Both the position numbers and the translations under genes were made by a program. This document shows positions 59,863-64,000 of a stretch of 64,000 nucleotides of DNA, in pieces. The notes beneath the pieces were generated by a model that saw only the letters and a list, made by a program, of their open reading frames with translations, had not been told where the DNA came from and searched no databases. Numbering within the stretch: position 1 is the stretch's first letter; each line of letters starts with the position of its first letter. This stretch comes from Phaeosaccion multiseriatum (lineage: Eukaryota; Protista; Ochrophyta, other classes): assembly GCA_965112735.1 (NCBI GenBank), contig OZ218960.1, forward strand, positions 62,001 to 126,000, read 5' to 3'.

Positions 59863-62800
59863 TCTTGTTCTTGTTGATCTTGTTGCTCTTCTTCTTCCTC
59901 CGCCTCGTTCATCACTGTTCCCTCTCGCCCCCCTCCATCTCCCCCTCCCCCTCCCCCTCCTCCTCCCACACGGCCACCGCTGCTACTCGGGCGGCGCACG
60001 CTTGTGAAGGGGACGGTGTTGGTGGCGGCGACAAGTAGAGTGCGAAACAAGGCCTCCAAGGCCCTCTCTTTCATGTACTTGACTAAGCGCTTTGACGAAC
60101 GGGTCGAGTGCGCTGCGGTCTGCTGCCGCTCCACCTCCCTCTCACGGGCCTCCCTCCGTCTGCGGGCGTTGCGGAGATCCTCTTGACTCTTGCGGTACAG
60201 TCGCTCGTACACGGTTCTTGTCGACGCTGCTGCCGTATCACCAACTGCTGCAGCTGCGCCATCTCCGGTGCTGCCCCTCCTCCTTCTCCGCCGTCCCGCC
60301 ACCCCTCCCACACCGCCCCCAGGCTCCGAATCTGAAGCGGAAAAGGCGTCCGAAATCATCCCACCCGCTTGGTTCGCCCCTTGATACTCCACCCCCCCCT
60401 CCGCCGACTCGATCGAGGAGGCCGATTGTGTATCCACGTGATGCTGCGACTCACAGAAGGGAATGATACGGGGGCGGAAGGTCTCGTGGGGTGAGGGCCG
60501 CGCGGTCGTCTCTTGGCGCTGACGCTCGAGCTTTGCTTGGCGACGAAAGTACTCCTGTTGGTTGTTTGGAGGAGGTGTACGTATGAATGGCAAAGGATAA
60601 TGGACGGATGGTTGGTTGGGTGGATGGATGCGAGAGAGTAGACCTCTAATAGTACACGCATGGTATGGTGTACGACAGATGAGAGAGGGCAGCTTACTGA
60701 TCCTCCTTCTCCATGGGTGCTTCTGCTTCGTCTTTGGACGTACGAAAGATACAAAGAAAAGGGAGAACAAGAAAATGACAGAAAACATGTGCCAAGACAA
60801 GACAATAAAAGTGAGGGTACTGACCTTGTACAAGCGCTCCTGTACAGGCCCTTCTCTGTCGGGCAGCCACTCTGCCCAGAGGTTGATACGGGGGGTGAAG
60901 GGGCATTGCTGGCTCTGCAGCAGGGCAGCCTCCTCTCGGAGGGACTCCTGCCGTTTAAAGTGATCTTCGTAGAGGCGTTCTGCAGAGAGAGCGTAGGGAG
61001 GGAGGGGGGATGAGTGTGAGCGAGAGAGGTACATATCACTCACTCACACTCACTCACTCACTCACCCACACACCCACCCACTCACTCACTCACTCACTCA
61101 CTCCACTCCCCCTCCCCTCCGTCTCTCACTCACCGCTGCAGTCAGTGTGATTGATACTCCTCCTTGTTGTGGATGCTCTGCCGCCCCAATCTCCTGCTGT
61201 CCCTTCTCCTCCATCCCCCCCGTGCAGGCCACTCTCGTCCTCGTCCTCTATGTACGACAGCGAATCCGGGTCCAGATCGTATTCCTCCTCTCCCTCCTCC
61301 CCGTCTATTGCCATCCCCTCCACCTGCTGCCGCCATTGCCTCCGCCGTGCCCTCCGCTCGGCCAAGCGCACACTGCGTGGCGGCAGGGATGGCGCAAAGG
61401 GCATCGAAGTAGACACTTCGCTTAGCACCTGCGTGTATATGGGCAGGCATAAGCAGGTATATCGGCAGGTACGTACGGGCAAGGCACGGAAGCGTACGTA
61501 GGGCGGGCAGGCGGAAAGGTGTATGGGCAAGCACAAATGAGAGCATACGAGCCAAGCAGAATGCGGAGGGAGTTCCCGCAGCAGTTGGTGATACAGCCCA
61601 CTCCTCACCCCCCCCGTCCAAGCAGGTACCTTAGCGAAGGAGCTCCGGCGGGGACAGAGCGCCGCCGCAGCTGCAGCAGGAGTTGGTGATCCTGTAGTCG
61701 CAGTCACAGCAGCAGGGTTATACGAACCGGCGGGAAGGACCCCATTCCCGAAGGGGAAGGGCTCCCTATCTTCCACCCACGCCCCATCCTTTGCAGCGCC
61801 CTTGGGTTTCTCGCCCCCCGGGGCTCGCGCAGGGTTCCCCGCGGGCGAAACCCTACTCTCTGGTCTGCAGGAGTAGAGGTGGTCGAAGACAGACTGCTCA
61901 GGCGGGCGCTGGTGCCGTTTCGAGTCGAGAGGTCCCTGTAGATAAGGGGGGTGAGGAAGGCCAAGAGGCACGAGACACGGGAGCGCAACACGTGAGCAGC
62001 AGCAGCAGCATCCAAGAGGAGGGGAGGGGAGAGGGAGCTCTCTCCTTTCTGCTTTCGTCGAGTGGCATTCGTTGTGCGGTTTGATTTTGATATTCAGCCC
62101 CAACGGTGCGCACCTTGGAGCTGAAGGTCGTTGGTATGAACATCCGAGCGGGCCTCGGGACGCCGCAGCGCCGAATGGCATCGGTACCATAAGCACTGGC
62201 ACTCAAACTGCTGCTGTTCGCGGTCCCCACTGCTGCAGACATTCCACTCCTGTTGCTCCTATTGTTGTTGTTGTTGTTATTGTTGCTGCTGCCCTCGTGG
62301 CTGCTGCCGTCATTGCAGCTCCCAGTGTCAGCAGCATGGTTGAAGATGAGCGTTCCCCAGTGGCTACTGAGCTCCTTCTCCCCGCCCCCTCCCACCCATA
62401 TGCCTCTATTCCCCCCTCCTCCCCTGGGGCCAGCCTTGTGCTGCAGTCTCTGCGCAAGCTTCTCCACGCTGTGCGTCACTCTGACCCATGCGTGCTCCAG
62501 GGGGGCACTCTCCAGCGACTCCGTAGAGAGACCCATGGGCCTGGAGAGAGGGAGTTGAGTAGAGGGACATGGGGAGGGGAGGGGAAGAAAGGGAATAGAG
62601 CGTGGGAGATGAGGTGTGTACCTCCTTGGCACAGAGGAGAGAAGCACAACATTCATACGCCCCCCCCCCCCCCCTCCGTCCACCCCTCCATCCTCCTGCC
62701 CATATTCCCCCCTCTCCCCTGTGCCTCCTGTAAGTCAACAAATATCCCCCCCCCGCGTCGTGAACCCACCTCATACAGCCCCTGTCTTGCGGAGAGTTGC

Positions 62801-64000
62801 CGTACCCACACTTGGGGCAGGACCAGTCGCCCCACTGCTCTTTCTCCGTTCGGTCCTGCCTGCCCCTCTCCTGTCTCCTCTGCTGCGCCCTTTGGGTACC
62901 CTCCCAGGACTCGTGCAGCCGATGCCCCACCGGCAGACGCTGAAACGCAGCACCAGCAGCAGCACCAGTTGGTGATACGGCAGTGGCGGTGCTAGCGCTG
63001 GCCTGAAAGAGAACAGAATGCTCGCTCGGGACCCCCCCCGCGCTGTCTCCAAAGTTGCTCCCGTCGAGCACTCCGAAGGCGCCGTCCATTCCCCCGGGGG
63101 TCGACGCCAACCGCCGCAGTGCACTGTGGCCGGAGCTGCTCCGGCTCCTCCTCGGGTGCCCCGCAGCTCCATCTGTGGTAGTTGGTGATACAGTCGCAGC
63201 CGCAGCCGCAGCGGCGGCAGAAGCAGCGGCAGTGGTGGCTCTACTGAGAGCAATGATCTTGCGAGTCCCGCGGCTCAGCGTGGGAGCGAGTGGACAGGCC
63301 AGGGCCTCCTCCTGGAGCAGGACGGCTTGGTTGTGGCTCCTCTGCTCGGCTTGACGGCATCGTATCACCTCGGCATGACCGTACAGGCGCGCTACAGACG
63401 CCACCTGCTGCCTCTGCAGGGCCTTGTGCGTGTGGGCGTGTGCGTGCGCCCCAAACCTTCCGCCCCTGTCAGCACTACTGCTCCTGCTGCTGTGGCCCTC
63501 GCTGCTGGCGCCTCTAGTCTGCTGCTGCTGCTGCTGCTGCTGCCTCGTCTCCTCACTCGCAATCTCTCGCTCTCGCTGCTCGGCTCTTCCTCCTCCTCGC
63601 CCCTCCCCCCCCCTTCCATCCCTCTTCCTCCTTCTCCTCCTACCAGTACCTAGACTCACGTCCTCAACCCTCATTCTGCTCCGTATTGCCCCCTCCCGCC
63701 CGCTTCGTCCTCTTCCCCCCGATGTGATGCCCAAGAAAGCAGCAGCGTCGGTACCACTCCAAACCTCCCCCCTTCCCCCCTCCACATGCCCTGCGCACCT
63801 CTTTTGATCATCCTCGTGCAGTTGGCCTCCAGTCAAGTCTTTCCATCCTCCTCCTCCTCCTCCTCCTCCTCCTCCTCCTCCTCCTCCTCCTCCTCCTCCT
63901 CTTCCTTCTTCTGCGAGACTTCTCTCCCTTTGAGGCAAAGCCCCTCCATCGCCGCTGCTGGAGCTCACTGAGGGCCTACCCGGTCCGCTACTCCCTCGCG
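57744..64000 (-). CDS. Very large low-complexity protein with recurring ERLY...TFxPxI modules and a RanBP2-like zinc finger; 5' end outside the window
   Basis: Long ORFs 63968-62406 (frame open to the window edge) and 61043-57744, plus smaller exons. Repeated modules VARLY...CPLAPTL, VFDHLY...PFAPSL, ERLYEDH...CPFTPRIN, ERLYK...ETFRPRI, YERLY, ELTFTPTI and HEKLY...ECTHAPQL. GDWSCPKCGYGN...C finger. Exon structure only partly resolved. Confidence 0.7.
61037..61103. repeat. (ACTC)n tetranucleotide tract, intronic
   Basis: Directly visible. Confidence 0.9.

Noticed and set aside
1-64000. rRNA, tRNA, transposase, reverse transcriptase or viral hallmark genes
   Set aside because: No recognisable signatures were found by eye or in the ORF track. 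A covariance or HMM search would be needed to exclude small RNAs.

Overview
Eukaryotic nuclear DNA: GC-rich, gene-dense, with GT-AG introns and heavy microsatellite content. Bipartite plastid presequences (signal peptide plus an ASAF-like site) and twin-arginine lumen signals point to a photosynthetic stramenopile (ochrophyte). About 17 genes can be pieced together by hand: a TPR-MBL fusion, two convergent thylakoid FKBPs (one fused to PDZ), a MYND protein, an intronless FNIP-repeat protein, a small plastid protein, GST kappa, a DHHC palmitoyltransferase, an N-formylglutamate amidohydrolase-like enzyme, a plastid delta-12-type desaturase, a TMEM184/OST-alpha protein, a TMTC O-mannosyltransferase, a PARP-type Zn-finger protein, a VWA/Pro-Thr surface protein, an SLC25 peroxisomal-type carrier, MLH3 and a large repeat protein. 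There is also a probable membrane-RING pseudogene and a nested foldback/MITE-like element around about 114 GGGA units. The most striking unexplained signal is a 17-bp word, GCAGTTGGTGATACAGC. It occurs about 20 times on both strands, mostly inside exons, and is translated in four different reading frames. A second dispersed word, GATGGCAGTGGATGG, has an orientation that tracks intron polarity, and many introns are bracketed by mutually complementary simple repeats. Exon boundaries were inferred manually and are approximate. No rRNA, tRNA or CRISPR array was seen.
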